The notes beneath the pieces are model-generated. The model was not told the origin of the DNA. It ran no database searches and was given only the letters and a program-made list of their open reading frames with translations. DNA of 64,000 nucleotides, from assembly GCA_965216635.1 (NCBI GenBank), contig OZ244188.1, positions 448,001 through 512,000 on the forward strand, given 5' to 3'. The stretch is from a bacterium (lineage in GTDB: Bacteria; SAR324; XYD2-FULL-50-16; G965216635). A program made the position numbers and the translations under genes. The first letter of the stretch is position 1. Every line of letters begins with the position of its first letter. Shown here piece by piece: positions 40,045 to 50,499 of the stretch.

Positions 40045-41241
40045 ATGGCTAAAGATACTTTTGTAAGAAATAAAACTCATGTTAATGTCGGCACTATCGG
40101 GCATGTGGATCACGGAAAAACAACCCTTACTGCTGGAATTACTAAAGTTTTAGCTTTTGCTGGAAAAGCAGAAGCTTCCGGTTATGGCGATATTGACAAC
40201 GCCCCAGAAGAAAAAGCGAGGGGCATAACAATTCAAACTGCTCATGTAGAATATGAGACAGAAAACAGGCACTACGCCCATGTAGACTGTCCTGGACATG
40301 CAGACTATGTGAAAAATATGATTACAGGTGCTGCTCAAATGGATGGAGCTATTTTAGTAGTGTCAGCTGCTGATGGACCTATGCCTCAAACTAAAGAGCA
40401 TATACTCTTGGCTCACCAAGTAGGAGTTCCTCATATTGTTGTCTTTTTGAATAAAACAGACCAGGTAGATGATCCCGATTTGTTAGAATTGGTAGAGGAG
40501 GAAATTCGTGAACTTTTAACAAAATATGAATTTCCGGGAGACAAAACTCCTATTATTCGCGGCAGCGCTTTGGCAGTTGAAAAATGTGAATCTACAGATA
40601 CGAATGACGAGGCTTTTAAACCAATCCACGAGCTTATGAAAGCTTTGGATGATTTTATTCCAGAACCTAAAAGAGAAATAGATAAAGATTTTTTGATGCC
40701 GGTAGAGGATGTTTTTTCTATTTCTGGAAGAGGGACAGTAGTGACTGGAAGAATTGAAAGAGGAAAAGTACTTAAAGACGAAGAAATAGAAATTGTGGGT
40801 ATTAGAGAATCCCAAAAAACCACCATTACAGGGGTGGAGATGTTTAGAAAAATTCTAGACAGCGGACAGGCGGGAGATAATGTGGGTTTGCTTTTGAGAG
40901 GAACTAAAAGAGAAGATGTGGAAAGAGGGCAGGTTATATGTAAACCCGGCTCCATTACTCCGCATACAAAATTTGAAGCGGAAATGTATGCTTTGACGAA
41001 AGACGAGGGAGGTAGGCATACTCCTTTTGTTTCTAATTATAGACCACAATTCTATTTTAGAACAACAGATGTAACTGGTGTGATTTCATTGCCTAAAGGA
41101 ACAGAGATGATTATGCCGGGTGACAATGCTTCTATTACTGTAGAACTGATTTCTAGTATTGCAATGGAAAATAATTTGAAATTTGCTATTAGAGAGGGTG
41201 GTAGAACAATAGGGGCTGGTAGTATTACTAAAATTCTTTAG
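40045..41241 (+). CDS. tuf: Elongation factor Tu
   Basis: [30 protein letters not shown]. Confidence 0.99.
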   Translation: MAKDTFVRNKTHVNVGTIGHVDHGKTTLTAGITKVLAFAGKAEASGYGDIDNAPEEKARGITIQTAHVEYETENRHYAHVDCPGHADYVKNMITGAAQMDGAILVVSAADGPMPQTKEHILLAHQVGVPHIVVFLNKTDQVDDPDLLELVEEEIRELLTKYEFPGDKTPIIRGSALAVEKCESTDTNDEAFKPIHELMKALDDFIPEPKREIDKDFLMPVEDVFSISGRGTVVTGRIERGKVLKDEEIEIVGIRESQKTTITGVEMFRKILDSGQAGDNVGLLLRGTKREDVERGQVICKPGSITPHTKFEAEMYALTKDEGGRHTPFVSNYRPQFYFRTTDVTGVISLPKGTEMIMPGDNASITVELISSIAMENNLKFAIREGGRTIGAGSITKIL

Positions 41242-41248
41242 AATAAGC

Positions 41249-41338
41249 GAGACCTTTGGCTTAGATATTCTAGTTCGGATAATGGCGTTAATTTTTTTGC
41301 CTTGCCTGACTTTCTTATAATGCCTAATGCAAAGATCT
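41249..41338. mobile_element. MITE family B, short copy, between tuf and rpsJ
   Basis: GAGACCTTTG..TTAGATATTCTAGTTCGG...AATGCCTAATGCAAAGATCT. Confidence 0.75.
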
Positions 41339-41351
41339 ATAAATAATTTTT

Positions 41352-41657
41352 ATGGCAAACAATAAAGTTAGAATTAAATTTAAGTCTTACGATGCAAAAA
41401 GGTTGGATGATGATATTAGAAAAATCATTTCAGTAGTGACTAGGTATGGCTCTCGCATTATCGGGCCCATACCTCTTCCTACAAAAAAGAAAATGTTTTG
41501 TGTAAATCGCTCCCCTCATGTAGATAAAAAATCTCGGGAGCAATTTCAATTTTGTGTGCATAAAAGATTAGTTTATCTTGTGGATTCTACACCTCAGACA
41601 ATGACTGCTTTGATGTCCATAGAGGTTTCGCCAGAAGTTGATATTAAAATAAATTAA
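41352..41657 (+). CDS. rpsJ: 30S ribosomal protein S10
   Basis: GPIPLPT, RSPHVDKKSREQF. Confidence 0.97.
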   Translation: MANNKVRIKFKSYDAKRLDDDIRKIISVVTRYGSRIIGPIPLPTKKKMFCVNRSPHVDKKSREQFQFCVHKRLVYLVDSTPQTMTALMSIEVSPEVDIKIN

Positions 41658-41930
41658 GAGAACTTTTGAATTAGATATTCTAGTTCGGCTATGCTGCGGT
41701 AAAATTTTTTTTGTGCTTGAAATACTCTCCTATTGCTTAAAAGTAAAATAAGGGTTATGGTGAAAGAACTGCGGGTTCTTTTATATTTCATTTGTGTTAG
41801 TCGGGAAGTTTTGTAGTGTACTTGGTCCCTTTATGGGTAGTGGCACTACGATGTTCTAGCGACCTAAAATTTTTTTGCCTTGTCTGGTTTTTCTATGTCT
41901 GGTTTTTCTATAATGCTTAATTCAAAGGTT
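41658..41930. mobile_element. MITE family B with a nested two-hairpin element, at the usual rplC position
   Basis: AACTTTTGAATTAGATATTCTAGTTCGG...AATGCTTAATTCAAAGGTT; insert at about 41730-41850. Confidence 0.8.
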
Positions 41931-41932
41931 AA

Positions 41933-42565
41933 ATGAAGATTATGGCAATTTTAAAAAAAAAAAAAATAACGGGTGAGGAATCAGGAGAGGTATTTTTTAA
42001 AGACGAAGTCCTTTTGAAAGAGGAACGTCCTTTTGAGGTGCAACAGGTAGTCAGACAATTTTTAGCTTCTCAGCACAGAGGAACGCACAAGGCAAAAACC
42101 CGTAGCGAAGTAAAAGGAAGTAGACGCAAACTTTTTAAACAAAAAGGCACAGGCAATGCTCGTGCTGGAGATGCAAAATCTCCTTTAAGAAGACACGGTG
42201 GCGTTGCTTTTGGACCTGTGGTGAGAAGTCATAACTTGAAGGTAAATAAAAAAGTGAAAAAAATCGCTCTTTCTTCCGTTTTATCTCAGTATATTCGTGA
42301 AAAAAAAATGCATGTTTTGGATAGTTTAGAACTCGGAACGCCCAAGACAAAAGAGGTATTTAAGTTGATGAAGACTATGAATTTAGACAAGGCTTTGTTT
42401 GTTTCACACGATTTTTCTTTGAATTTTGAACTTGCCTGTAGGAATTTACCCAATGCTAAATGTATATTAGATAGCAGCTTAGGTATTTATGATATTTTAA
42501 AATTTTCTAATCTTGTGGTTACAGAGCAGGCATTGAGAAACATCGAATCTAGACTTTTAGTATGA
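41933..42565 (+). CDS. rplD: 50S ribosomal protein L4
   Basis: KTRSEV, QKGTGNARAG, GGVAFGP. Confidence 0.96.
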   Translation: MKIMAILKKKKITGEESGEVFFKDEVLLKEERPFEVQQVVRQFLASQHRGTHKAKTRSEVKGSRRKLFKQKGTGNARAGDAKSPLRRHGGVAFGPVVRSHNLKVNKKVKKIALSSVLSQYIREKKMHVLDSLELGTPKTKEVFKLMKTMNLDKALFVSHDFSLNFELACRNLPNAKCILDSSLGIYDILKFSNLVVTEQALRNIESRLLV

Positions 42566-42849
42566 GTGTCTACAAGCAATTGAAATCTCCTTATGTTACA
42601 GAGAAAACCAATTTAATAAAGGACGCAGAGAATAAATTTTGTTTTAAAGTAGATAAAAACACCAATAAGACAGAAGTGAAGAAAGCTGTTGAAAAGATAT
42701 TTTCTGTAAAAGTAGAAAAAATAGGAATTCTCAATATGCAAGGAAAAAAGAAAAGACTGGGCAAAAGTGAAGGCAAAAAACCAAGCTGGAAAAAAGCAAT
42801 TATTACTATAAAAAAAGGCGATAAAATAGGTATTTTTGAAGGAGCTTAA
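42562..42849 (+). CDS. rplW: 50S ribosomal protein L23
   Basis: PYVTEK, NKTEVKKAVE, WKKAII. Confidence 0.96.
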   Translation: MSVYKQLKSPYVTEKTNLIKDAENKFCFKVDKNTNKTEVKKAVEKIFSVKVEKIGILNMQGKKKRLGKSEGKKPSWKKAIITIKKGDKIGIFEGA

Positions 42850-42858
42850 TGATAATAA

Positions 42859-43126
42859 AATCTTTGCATTAGTGTTATGCTTACCTCACTATTGGGGCTA
42901 GCCAAATGGTTAGAAAAGTGCAAAAAAAATTCGGGTCGCTAAAATATCGTCTGAGCGGAATGCTACAAGACTTAAGTCTTCTACAAAAATAAAATGTAAA
43001 AGTGCCCAAAGGCACTTTTACTATAGCCCTTAGAGATAGATGGCAAAAGAAAAGTATTTCTGAGAGCTTCTGCAGGACAAATTTTTTTTTTAACGCTGTA
43101 TAGTTCTAAACAGAACACTAGTGCAT
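42859..43126. mobile_element. Degenerate composite MITE with a reversed nested hairpin element, between rplW and rplB
   Basis: TGCATTAGTGTT...AACACTAGTGCA ends, GGCTAGCCAAATGGTTAGAA arm, GTAAAAGTGCC-CAAA-GGCACTTTTAC-TATAGCCC. Confidence 0.75.
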
Positions 43127-43133
43127 AATAATT

Positions 43134-43949
43134 ATGGCAATTAAACTTTATAAACCAACCACCCCTAGTCGTAGGGGTATGAGCGGAGATAGTTTTTCAG
43201 ACATTACTACTGCTAGTCCTGAGAAATCCTTAGTTTTCGGAAAAAAAAGAACTAACGGTAGGAATAATCTCGGTCGTATTACAGTGAGACATAGAGGCGG
43301 GGGACACAAAAGAAAGTATAGGTTGATTGATTTTAGAAGAGACAAACAAGATATTTTTGGAACGATTAAAACTGTAGAATATGATCCTAACCGTAATGCT
43401 TATATCTCTTTGGTTGTATACGAAGATGGAGAAAAAAGATATATTTTGGCTCCTAAGAAAATCAAATTGGGAGATAGAATTGTATATTCTCCGAATGCAG
43501 AAATCAAACCAGGTAACTGCCTGCCTTTAACGAATATTCCTGTAGGCACCCTGATACATAATATAGAGTTAAAACCGGGTAAAGGCGGTCAACTTTCTAG
43601 AAGTGCTGGTTGTAGTGCTAAACTTACTGCAAAAGAAGGGGCTACTGCTTTGATTAAATTACGATCAGGTGAGGTAAGAAAAATTTTGTCCCAATGTAAA
43701 GCTGTAATCGGAGAAGTAGGCAATGAGACTTATAGCTTGATTAACTGGGGTAAAGCTGGAAGAATAAGGTACAAAGGAATTCGTCCCACAGTAAGAGGAG
43801 TAGTTATGAATCCAGTGGATCACCCACACGGTGGCGGTGAAGGAAAAACAAGTGGTGGCAGACATCCTTGCTCTCCTTGGGGGTTTTCTGCAAAGGGAGC
43901 AAAAACTAGAAAGAATAAGAGAACGGACAAAATGATTTTAAGTAAATAG
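43134..43949 (+). CDS. rplB: 50S ribosomal protein L2
   Basis: [28 protein letters not shown]. Confidence 0.98.
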   Translation: MAIKLYKPTTPSRRGMSGDSFSDITTASPEKSLVFGKKRTNGRNNLGRITVRHRGGGHKRKYRLIDFRRDKQDIFGTIKTVEYDPNRNAYISLVVYEDGEKRYILAPKKIKLGDRIVYSPNAEIKPGNCLPLTNIPVGTLIHNIELKPGKGGQLSRSAGCSAKLTAKEGATALIKLRSGEVRKILSQCKAVIGEVGNETYSLINWGKAGRIRYKGIRPTVRGVVMNPVDHPHGGGEGKTSGGRHPCSPWGFSAKGAKTRKNKRTDKMILSK

Positions 43950-43957
43950 AAAATTGC

Positions 43958-44091
43958 TAAATTAGGCATTATAGAAAAGCTAGACAAAGGATGATAAGTT
44001 TTTTATGACGAAGAATACTGGAGTATTTTGAGGAATAAAAAACTTGAGCAACTGCGTGTAGTCGAACTAGAATGTCTAATTCAACAGTCTC
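43958..44091. mobile_element. MITE family B, reverse orientation, between rplB and rpsS
   Basis: AATTAGGCATTATAG...CGAACTAGAATGTCTAATTCAACAGTCTC. Confidence 0.82.
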
Positions 44092-44104
44092 AATGAAAAT
44101 TTTT

Positions 44105-44389
44105 ATGAGTAGATCTGTCAAAAAAGGTCCTTTTGTGGACTCTCATCTTTTGAAGAAATGTGAAAAAGCACAAAAAACTGGTAATAAAAAATTGATAAAA
44201 ACTTGGTCTAGAAGATCTATGATTTTGCCAGATTTTGTGGGATTAAATATAGCCGTTCATAATGGCAATAAATTTATTCCTGTATTTATTAGTGAAAATA
44301 TTGTAGGACATAAACTAGGGGAATTTTCTTCTACTAGAACCTATCGTGGACATACTTCAAAAAGTGATAAAAGAGTTAAAACAAAATAA
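44105..44389 (+). CDS. rpsS: 30S ribosomal protein S19
   Basis: [23 protein letters not shown]; the track start at 44072 lies in the MITE. Confidence 0.97.
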   Translation: MSRSVKKGPFVDSHLLKKCEKAQKTGNKKLIKTWSRRSMILPDFVGLNIAVHNGNKFIPVFISENIVGHKLGEFSSTRTYRGHTSKSDKRVKTK

Positions 44390-44730
44390 TGAAAAATATT
44401 ATTGCATCTGCTACACTAAAAAATATTAGAGTTTCTCCTAGGAAAGTAATGCTTGTTGCCGATGTTGTGAGAGGGAGAAAGGTTTATAATGTGCTTTCTT
44501 TTTTGGAGAATACCAGAAAGGCTGTAAATCCTTCACTGGCTAGACTTATCAAATCTGCGATGGCTAATGCACAACAAAAAGATAAAAATGTAGATGTAGA
44601 TAAACTAATGATTAGAATTATTAAAGTAGATAAGGGATTTATTTTGAAGAGAATGCGTCCTAGGGCTATGGGAAGAGGAGCTCTGATAAGAAAAAAGAGC
44701 AGCCATATTTATGTCGGATTAGGCTATTAA
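44389..44730 (+). CDS. rplV: 50S ribosomal protein L22
   Basis: RVSPRK, SAMANA, RPRAMGR. Confidence 0.97.
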   Translation: MKNIIASATLKNIRVSPRKVMLVADVVRGRKVYNVLSFLENTRKAVNPSLARLIKSAMANAQQKDKNVDVDKLMIRIIKVDKGFILKRMRPRAMGRGALIRKKSSHIYVGLGY

Positions 44731-45381
44731 ATGGGACAAAAAGTCAATCCCATAGGTTTTCGTCTAGGGGTAAATCAGAGATGGGTTTCTAACTGGTATA
44801 CAGATAAAGGGCATAAGGAATTTATTAATGAGGATGCTAAAATTCGTAAATTCTTAGCAAAACAAATTCAAGCTGCCGGTTTATCAAGAACAGAGATCAC
44901 TAGAGCTGGTAAGGATGATACAGGAAAAAATTTGCAGGTGATAGCTTATGTGGGTAGACCTGGCATGGTGTTTGGCAGAAAAGGAGAAAATTTAGACAAA
45001 GTAAAAAATTTACTACGCAAATATGTCAAGCAAGAAAAGCTAGAGCTTCTTATCAAAGAAGTCAAAAGACCGGAAACAGACGCTAAATTGATTGCTATTA
45101 ATGTAGCCAATCAACTGGAAAAAAGATTTTCTTTTCGCAGAGTGATTAAAAAGGCAATTCAAAATGCTCGTCGTTCTAGTGTAGCTGGTTGTAAAGTTAT
45201 GGTTAGCGGTAGGTTGAATGGTGCGGAAATGGCAAGAAAAGAATGGGTAAGAGAAGGAAGAGTGCCTTTGCACACTATCAAGCATTCTATAGATTATGCC
45301 ACCCACGAAGCGAAAACAACTTATGGTATTATTGGCGTAAAGGTGTGGGTTTTTCATGGGGATGAGAGGAGAAAAAAATAA
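44731..45381 (+). CDS. rpsC: 30S ribosomal protein S3
   Basis: MGQKVNPIGFRLG, GRLNGAEMAR, YGIIGVKVW. Confidence 0.98.
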   Translation: MGQKVNPIGFRLGVNQRWVSNWYTDKGHKEFINEDAKIRKFLAKQIQAAGLSRTEITRAGKDDTGKNLQVIAYVGRPGMVFGRKGENLDKVKNLLRKYVKQEKLELLIKEVKRPETDAKLIAINVANQLEKRFSFRRVIKKAIQNARRSSVAGCKVMVSGRLNGAEMARKEWVREGRVPLHTIKHSIDYATHEAKTTYGIIGVKVWVFHGDERRKK

Positions 45382-45398
45382 AAATCTAGTAAAAAATT

Positions 45399-45812
45399 AT
45401 GTTATTTCCATCTAAAACGAAATACAGAAAAAGAATGAGAGGACGTCTACAAGGCAATTCTACTCAAGGTAGTAAAATAGCATTTGGAGAATATGCAATT
45501 CAAGCTACTGGCAGAGGTTTTTTATCTTCTCGTCAAATAGAATCTGCTAGAAGAACTATTACTAGAACTTTGAAGAGATCGGGTAAGGTTTGGATTAGAG
45601 TTTTTCCTGATAAACCTATGACTATGCGAGCAGCAGAAACTAGAATGGGAAAAGGCAAGGGCTCTGTAGACCATTGGACATGTCCTGTAAAACCCGGCAG
45701 AATTCTTTTTGAATTAGAAAGTGAAAACGAGAAATTAGCAAGGAAAGCATTGGATTTAGCTCGTTATAAACTTTCTGTTAAAAGTAGTGTTACTTCTAGG
45801 AAGTGGCAATGA
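45399..45812 (+). CDS. rplP: 50S ribosomal protein L16
   Basis: QIESAR, WIRVFPDKP, RMGKGKG. Confidence 0.98.
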   Translation: MLFPSKTKYRKRMRGRLQGNSTQGSKIAFGEYAIQATGRGFLSSRQIESARRTITRTLKRSGKVWIRVFPDKPMTMRAAETRMGKGKGSVDHWTCPVKPGRILFELESENEKLARKALDLARYKLSVKSSVTSRKWQ

Positions 45813-46018
45813 AAACATTAGATTTCAGAAAACTCTCTATGAGTGAATTACAAAATAAAATAAAAGAATTAGAAGAAAAACTTTTTTCTTCTAGTTGTAC
45901 TGCCTCTATGGGAACTACTAGTGATACTTCTGTTTTACGCAAAAATAGGAGATTGATTGCTAGAGCAAAAACAATTATTAATGAAAAAATGAAAGATGAA
46001 ACAGCTCCAAAAAACTAG
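45809..46018 (+). CDS. rpmC: 50S ribosomal protein L29
   Basis: Position in the operon; RRLIARAKTI. Confidence 0.9.
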   Translation: MKTLDFRKLSMSELQNKIKELEEKLFSSSCTASMGTTSDTSVLRKNRRLIARAKTIINEKMKDETAPKN

Positions 46019-46265
46019 AAAAAATAAAAAATTACGGCAAGGAGTTGTAGTGAGTACTTGTATGGAAAAAACGGCAACTGTTTTAGTAGAAAGGACTACT
46101 AAGCACCCGCTTTATAAAAAAACTATCAAGCTATCCAAAAAATTTTTATTCCACGACCCAGAAAATCTTTGTAATGTTGGAGATTTTGTACGAATTGTAG
46201 AATGCAAACCTGTTAGTAGAATGAAAAGATGGCGTTTGTTGAATGTGGTAAAGGTAGCCCAGTAA
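45996..46265 (+). CDS. rpsQ: 30S ribosomal protein S17
   Basis: GVVVS..MEKT, HPLYKK, ECKPVSRMKRW. Confidence 0.97.
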   Translation: MKQLQKTRKNKKLRQGVVVSTCMEKTATVLVERTTKHPLYKKTIKLSKKFLFHDPENLCNVGDFVRIVECKPVSRMKRWRLLNVVKVAQ

Positions 46266-46276
46266 ATTAAATAGGA

Positions 46277-46430
46277 TAGACTTTTGAATTTGCATTCTGT
46301 TTAGCCTATGCAACGTTGAAAAAAAATTTTAACTCTTGCCAGTTGTGAAGAAATGCTCTTCAGTATTCCAGCGAGCTAAAAATTTTTTTCGCCTTGCCTA
46401 GCCGTAACATCAGCGAAATTCAAAGTTCTA
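46277..46430. mobile_element. MITE family A between rpsQ and rplN
   Basis: TAGACTTTTGAATTTGCATTCTG...CAGCGAAATTCAAAGTTCTA. Confidence 0.88.
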
Positions 46431-46446
46431 TAGTATAAATTTTAAA

Positions 46447-46815
46447 ATGATTCAGATGCAAACCAGGTTGACAGTAGCAGATAATACTGGAGCCAAAGAG
46501 ATTATGTGTATTAAAGTTTTAGGGGGTTCTAAGCGGAGGTTTGCTGGTATAGGAGACTTAATTGTAGCTTCGGTAAAGCAGACTATACCTAATTCCAAAA
46601 TTAAAAAAGGTTCTGTCGTTAAAGCAGTTATTGTGAGGACGACAAAAGAAAAGAAGAGAGCAGATGGTAGTTCTATCCATTTTAATAATAATGCAGCTGT
46701 GATTATCAATCAAAAAAAAGAGCCTATTGGAACAAGAGTTTTTGGACCCGTTGCAAGAGAGTTGAGGGTCAAAAAATTTATGAAAATAGTCTCATTAGCA
46801 CCAGAAGTTTATTAA
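46447..46815 (+). CDS. rplN: 50S ribosomal protein L14
   Basis: [19 protein letters not shown]. Confidence 0.98.
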   Translation: MIQMQTRLTVADNTGAKEIMCIKVLGGSKRRFAGIGDLIVASVKQTIPNSKIKKGSVVKAVIVRTTKEKKRADGSSIHFNNNAAVIINQKKEPIGTRVFGPVARELRVKKFMKIVSLAPEVY

Positions 46816-46835
46816 GCCCAAATTTATTTAACAAG

Positions 46836-47147
46836 ATGAAATTTTTACTCAAACAAGGAGATTTAGTTCAAATAATTGCTGGAAAAGATAAAGGAAAAAC
46901 TGGTAAAATTCTTAGAATAGAAAGAAAAAAAAATAGAATTTTTGTAGAAGGTGCTGCTATTCAACAAAAACACCAGAAACCTACACAACAGGGTCAAAAA
47001 GGGAAAATCGTTAAAAAAGAAGGTCCCATCCATTATTCTAATGTTTTATTATACTCTGCTAAATCAAAAAAAGGAGAGAGAATTTGCACTGTTGGTGAAG
47101 GTAAGAATAAGAAAAGAGTTGTTATATCAGAAAAACCTGCTGCTTAA
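46836..47147 (+). CDS. rplX: 50S ribosomal protein L24
   Basis: KOW motif GDLVQIIAGKDKGKTG; EGPIHYSNV. Confidence 0.96.
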   Translation: MKFLLKQGDLVQIIAGKDKGKTGKILRIERKKNRIFVEGAAIQQKHQKPTQQGQKGKIVKKEGPIHYSNVLLYSAKSKKGERICTVGEGKNKKRVVISEKPAA

Positions 47148-47151
47148 AAAA

Positions 47152-47712
47152 ATGATTCATTTAAAAGATACTTATAAAAAAATCTTTGTAGATTTTCAAA
47201 AGGAATTTCAAATAAAGAATATTTTTCAAGTTCCTAGACTGGAAAAGATTGTTTTGAATGTGGGAGCAGGTGAGGCTATTCATAACGCTAAGTGTTTAGA
47301 ACACATAGAAAATGACTTAAAATTGATTTCCGCACAAAAACCTGTGATCACTAGAGCAAAAAAATCTATTGCTGGTTTTAAACTTCGTGAGGGTATGCCC
47401 ATTGGAGTGAAGGTGACTTTGAGAAGCCAAAAAATGGATTCCTTTTTGGAAAGGTTGGTTCACATTTGTCTACCACGATTAAAAGATTTTAGAGGTTTGT
47501 CTTTAAATGGGTTTGATAAGAAAGGGAATTATACATTAGGCTTAAGAGAACAGCTTATTTTTCCAGAAATCATTTATGATAATATAGATAAAATTAGAGG
47601 AATGAGCATTAGCTTTGTCACAACGGTGCAAGATACAAAAAAAGCTTTTTTTTTACTGAAAAAATTAGGACTGCCGTTTAAGGATGGAACAATAGAAAAT
47701 AAAAAAGGATAA
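47152..47712 (+). CDS. rplE: 50S ribosomal protein L5
   Basis: [25 protein letters not shown]; real start is ATG 47152. Confidence 0.96.
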   Translation: MIHLKDTYKKIFVDFQKEFQIKNIFQVPRLEKIVLNVGAGEAIHNAKCLEHIENDLKLISAQKPVITRAKKSIAGFKLREGMPIGVKVTLRSQKMDSFLERLVHICLPRLKDFRGLSLNGFDKKGNYTLGLREQLIFPEIIYDNIDKIRGMSISFVTTVQDTKKAFFLLKKLGLPFKDGTIENKKG

Positions 47713-47897
47713 TGGCTAAAAAATCAATGATAGCAAAGTTTCAGAGAGGTTCTAAGTTTCCCGTACGAAATAGAAATAGATGTTTACAGTGCGGTAGAGC
47801 TAGGAGTTATATACGGCAATTTGGTTTGTGTCGAATTTGTTTTAGAAAAAATGCAAACTTTGGTTTTATACCAGGTGTTAAAAAAATAAGTTGGTAA
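47712..47897 (+). CDS. rpsN: 30S ribosomal protein S14, Zn-binding type Z
   Basis: CLQC...CRIC; 61 aa. Confidence 0.96.
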   Translation: MAKKSMIAKFQRGSKFPVRNRNRCLQCGRARSYIRQFGLCRICFRKNANFGFIPGVKKISW

Positions 47898-47898
47898 T

Positions 47899-48303
47899 AT
47901 GTCTTTAAGTGACCCTATTGCTGATCTGCTAACAAGAATTAGGAATGCTTGTCTTAGAAAACATAAGGTAGTAAGCATACCTTTTTCTACGATTAAGGAG
48001 AATATAGCGAAACTTCTTTTAAATGAAGGTTTTATAACTTCTTTTAAAATAATGAAACAGCAAAAAATAGAACAAAATTTTATTGAGATAGAATTAAAAT
48101 ATAATGAGAATCAAAATTCTGTGATTCGTAAAATTAAAAGAATATCGCGACCTGGATTGAGAATCTATAAAGGTTCTTCTGAACTTATGCCTCAGCTAGG
48201 CGGCCAAGGTATATTTATTATTTCTACCTCAAAAGGACTTTTATCGGATGCAGAATGTAGACAGAAAGGAATAGGTGGAGAAGTTCTCTGTTTAGTTTAT
48301 TAA
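47899..48303 (+). CDS. rpsH: 30S ribosomal protein S8
   Basis: DPIADLLTRIRNA, ISRPGLRIY, STSKG. Confidence 0.98.
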   Translation: MSLSDPIADLLTRIRNACLRKHKVVSIPFSTIKENIAKLLLNEGFITSFKIMKQQKIEQNFIEIELKYNENQNSVIRKIKRISRPGLRIYKGSSELMPQLGGQGIFIISTSKGLLSDAECRQKGIGGEVLCLVY

Positions 48304-48307
48304 TGAG

Positions 48308-48871
48308 ATGGAAGTAAAAAATAGAATAGGAAGTAAGCCAGTTTTAAGAACTAGTTCAGTGCAACTGGATTATCGGAAAAATTCACTCAAAGTAAAGGGA
48401 CCTAAAGGGGAATTAGATATTAATATACCGCAACGGTTTGATTTGAAAATTGATGAAAGCTCCATTTCAGTAGTTCCGATTGTTATGGGAACGATAAAAA
48501 AAAAAGAAATTAAAGATTTGCAAGGCACTTTGAGGCAGATTATTTTTAATATGGTAGAAGGTGTCTCTAATGGTTTTGAGAAAGTTTTACTACTGAAAGG
48601 AATAGGTTATAAAGCCCAGGTGGAAGGAGAAAAACTGATTCTTAATTTAGGCTATTCACTCCCTATTGAATATGCTATTTCTAAAAAAGTTCAGGTTACA
48701 GTGGATAAGAATGTAAAAATAGTCCTTTCTTCTTGTGATAAACAAGAGTTAGGGCAGGTAGCAGCTGAGATTAGAAGTTTGAGACCCCCAGAACCCTACA
48801 AAGGAAAAGGAGTGCATTATGAAGGAGAGCAGATTGTAAGGAAGATGGGTAAAACGGGTAAAAAAGAATAA
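48308..48871 (+). CDS. rplF: 50S ribosomal protein L6
   Basis: VKGPKGEL, RPPEPYKGKG. Confidence 0.97.
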   Translation: MEVKNRIGSKPVLRTSSVQLDYRKNSLKVKGPKGELDINIPQRFDLKIDESSISVVPIVMGTIKKKEIKDLQGTLRQIIFNMVEGVSNGFEKVLLLKGIGYKAQVEGEKLILNLGYSLPIEYAISKKVQVTVDKNVKIVLSSCDKQELGQVAAEIRSLRPPEPYKGKGVHYEGEQIVRKMGKTGKKE

Positions 48872-48873
48872 GA

Positions 48874-49027
48874 TAGACCTTTGAATTTCGCTGATGTGAC
48901 GGCTAGCCAAATGGTTAGAGCAGGTGCGAAAAAAAATTTTTAGCTCGTAGGAATACTGAAGTATTTCAAGAGTTGAATTTTTTTTGCCTTGTTTAGACTT
49001 TGTCTAATGCCTAATTCAGAAATTTCT
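48874..49027. mobile_element. Hybrid MITE (family A left arm, family B right arm) between rplF and rplR
   Basis: TAGACCTTTGAATTTCGCTGATGTGACGGCTAG... then ...GCCTTGTTTAGACTTTGTCTAATGCCTAATTCA. Confidence 0.8.
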
Positions 49028-49045
49028 AAGAATTTTAAAAAACAA

Positions 49046-49414
49046 ATGAAAAAAATTATTCAGAAAAAATTAAAAAGAGCCAAAAGTAAAAGAAAACAGT
49101 TTGTTTCTAAAGGTGTAGAAACTAGACCTCGGATTACTGTGTATCATAGTTTGAAGCATTTGAGCGCTCAAGCAATAGATGATACGAACCATAGAACTTT
49201 ATGTGGAGTTTCTACTACCCAAAAACAGCTGCAAGCAAAAATGGGAGGTAAATTTTGCAATAGTAAAACCTCAGCTTATATCGGGAAAGTTTTTGGAGAA
49301 AAACTCAAAGAGCTTAAAATAGAAAAGGTTGTTTTTGATAGAAATGGCTATATCTACCGAGGCAATATTAAAGCCTTAGCAGATGCAATTAGAGAAACTG
49401 GAATTAAGTTTTAA
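49046..49414 (+). CDS. rplR: 50S ribosomal protein L18
   Basis: RPRITV, AQAIDD, VVFDRNGYIYRG; the track start lies in the MITE. Confidence 0.95.
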   Translation: MKKIIQKKLKRAKSKRKQFVSKGVETRPRITVYHSLKHLSAQAIDDTNHRTLCGVSTTQKQLQAKMGGKFCNSKTSAYIGKVFGEKLKELKIEKVVFDRNGYIYRGNIKALADAIRETGIKF

Positions 49415-49930
49415 ATGAGAAAATCAGAGAATAGACATCAAGAAAAGAAATTTATAGAACGGGTAGTTAAGATTCGTCGCGTCACAAAAGTTGTTAAAGG
49501 TGGCAGAAGGTTTGGCTTTAGCACCTTTGCTGTTGTAGGTGATGGCAAGGGTAGTGTAGGTATGGGACTTGGCAAAGCTCTAGAAATATCGGAATCTGCG
49601 AAAAAAGCGATTGCGATTGCTACTAAAAGTATGAAAAGCTACAGTCTTTTTAAAACCACAATACCTCACGAAGTTGTTGGTTATTTTTGCGGAGGAAAAG
49701 TACTCTTAAAACCAGCAGCACCCGGTAGCGGAATCATTGCAAATGGTTCAGCTAGAATGGTTATGGAAGCTATCGGAATCAAAGATATTAACATCAAAGC
49801 TTTGGGATCTAGAAATCCTCATAATGTAGTGAAGGCTACTATTCAGGGTCTGTCTCAACTAAGATCCTTTGATGAGACAGCAAAGCTTAGAGGGAAAGAT
49901 ATTAAGGAAGTCTGTTTAGTCAACTATTAG
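49415..49930 (+). CDS. rpsE: 30S ribosomal protein S5
   Basis: RVTKVVKGGR, VGDGKG, GSRNPHNVVKAT. Confidence 0.98.
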   Translation: MRKSENRHQEKKFIERVVKIRRVTKVVKGGRRFGFSTFAVVGDGKGSVGMGLGKALEISESAKKAIAIATKSMKSYSLFKTTIPHEVVGYFCGGKVLLKPAAPGSGIIANGSARMVMEAIGIKDINIKALGSRNPHNVVKATIQGLSQLRSFDETAKLRGKDIKEVCLVNY

Positions 49931-49942
49931 AGTCGTATAAAA

Positions 49943-50494
49943 ATGTTATCGCAACTACAAGTTCCAGCAAATTCTAAAAAGAAAAAAAAAAGATTGGGTA
50001 GAGGTTGTGGTTCTACTTTAGGAAAAACTTCAGGTAGAGGTCACAAGGGACAAAACTCTCGTTCTGGGGGTGGGGTTCCAGTCGGTTTTGAAGGAGGGCA
50101 ATTACCAATTTACATGAGATTGCCTAAACGAGGTTTTTTTAACCCTTTTAGAGTCGAAAATATAGCTATCAATCTGGATGCTATTATAAAAAATAAAAAG
50201 CTAGATAAATCTAAACTAGTAGATAGAACTGCTCTTATCAAAGCTGGAATTATTAGCTCTAATGATAAAAACCCCATTAAGCTATTGGCAGGAAAATCAT
50301 CAATAGAGGGAGATTTATTAGAAAAAATGAGTTTTCAATTGGACGCTGTGAGCAAGCAAGCTAAAGAAAAAGTAATGCAAAACAAAGGCACTGTGGAACT
50401 CACTCAAAAAAAAGAGAAAAAAAGTTTTAAAAAAAATAAGAAAGTAGTAAGCCAAGTAACCTCTGGAGATAAAAAAACAGCAAATAAAAAATAA
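49943..50494 (+). CDS. rplO: 50S ribosomal protein L15
   Basis: RLGRG, GRGHKGQ, FEGGQLP. Confidence 0.97.
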   Translation: MLSQLQVPANSKKKKKRLGRGCGSTLGKTSGRGHKGQNSRSGGGVPVGFEGGQLPIYMRLPKRGFFNPFRVENIAINLDAIIKNKKLDKSKLVDRTALIKAGIISSNDKNPIKLLAGKSSIEGDLLEKMSFQLDAVSKQAKEKVMQNKGTVELTQKKEKKSFKKNKKVVSQVTSGDKKTANKK

Positions 50495-50499
50495 ATTTT

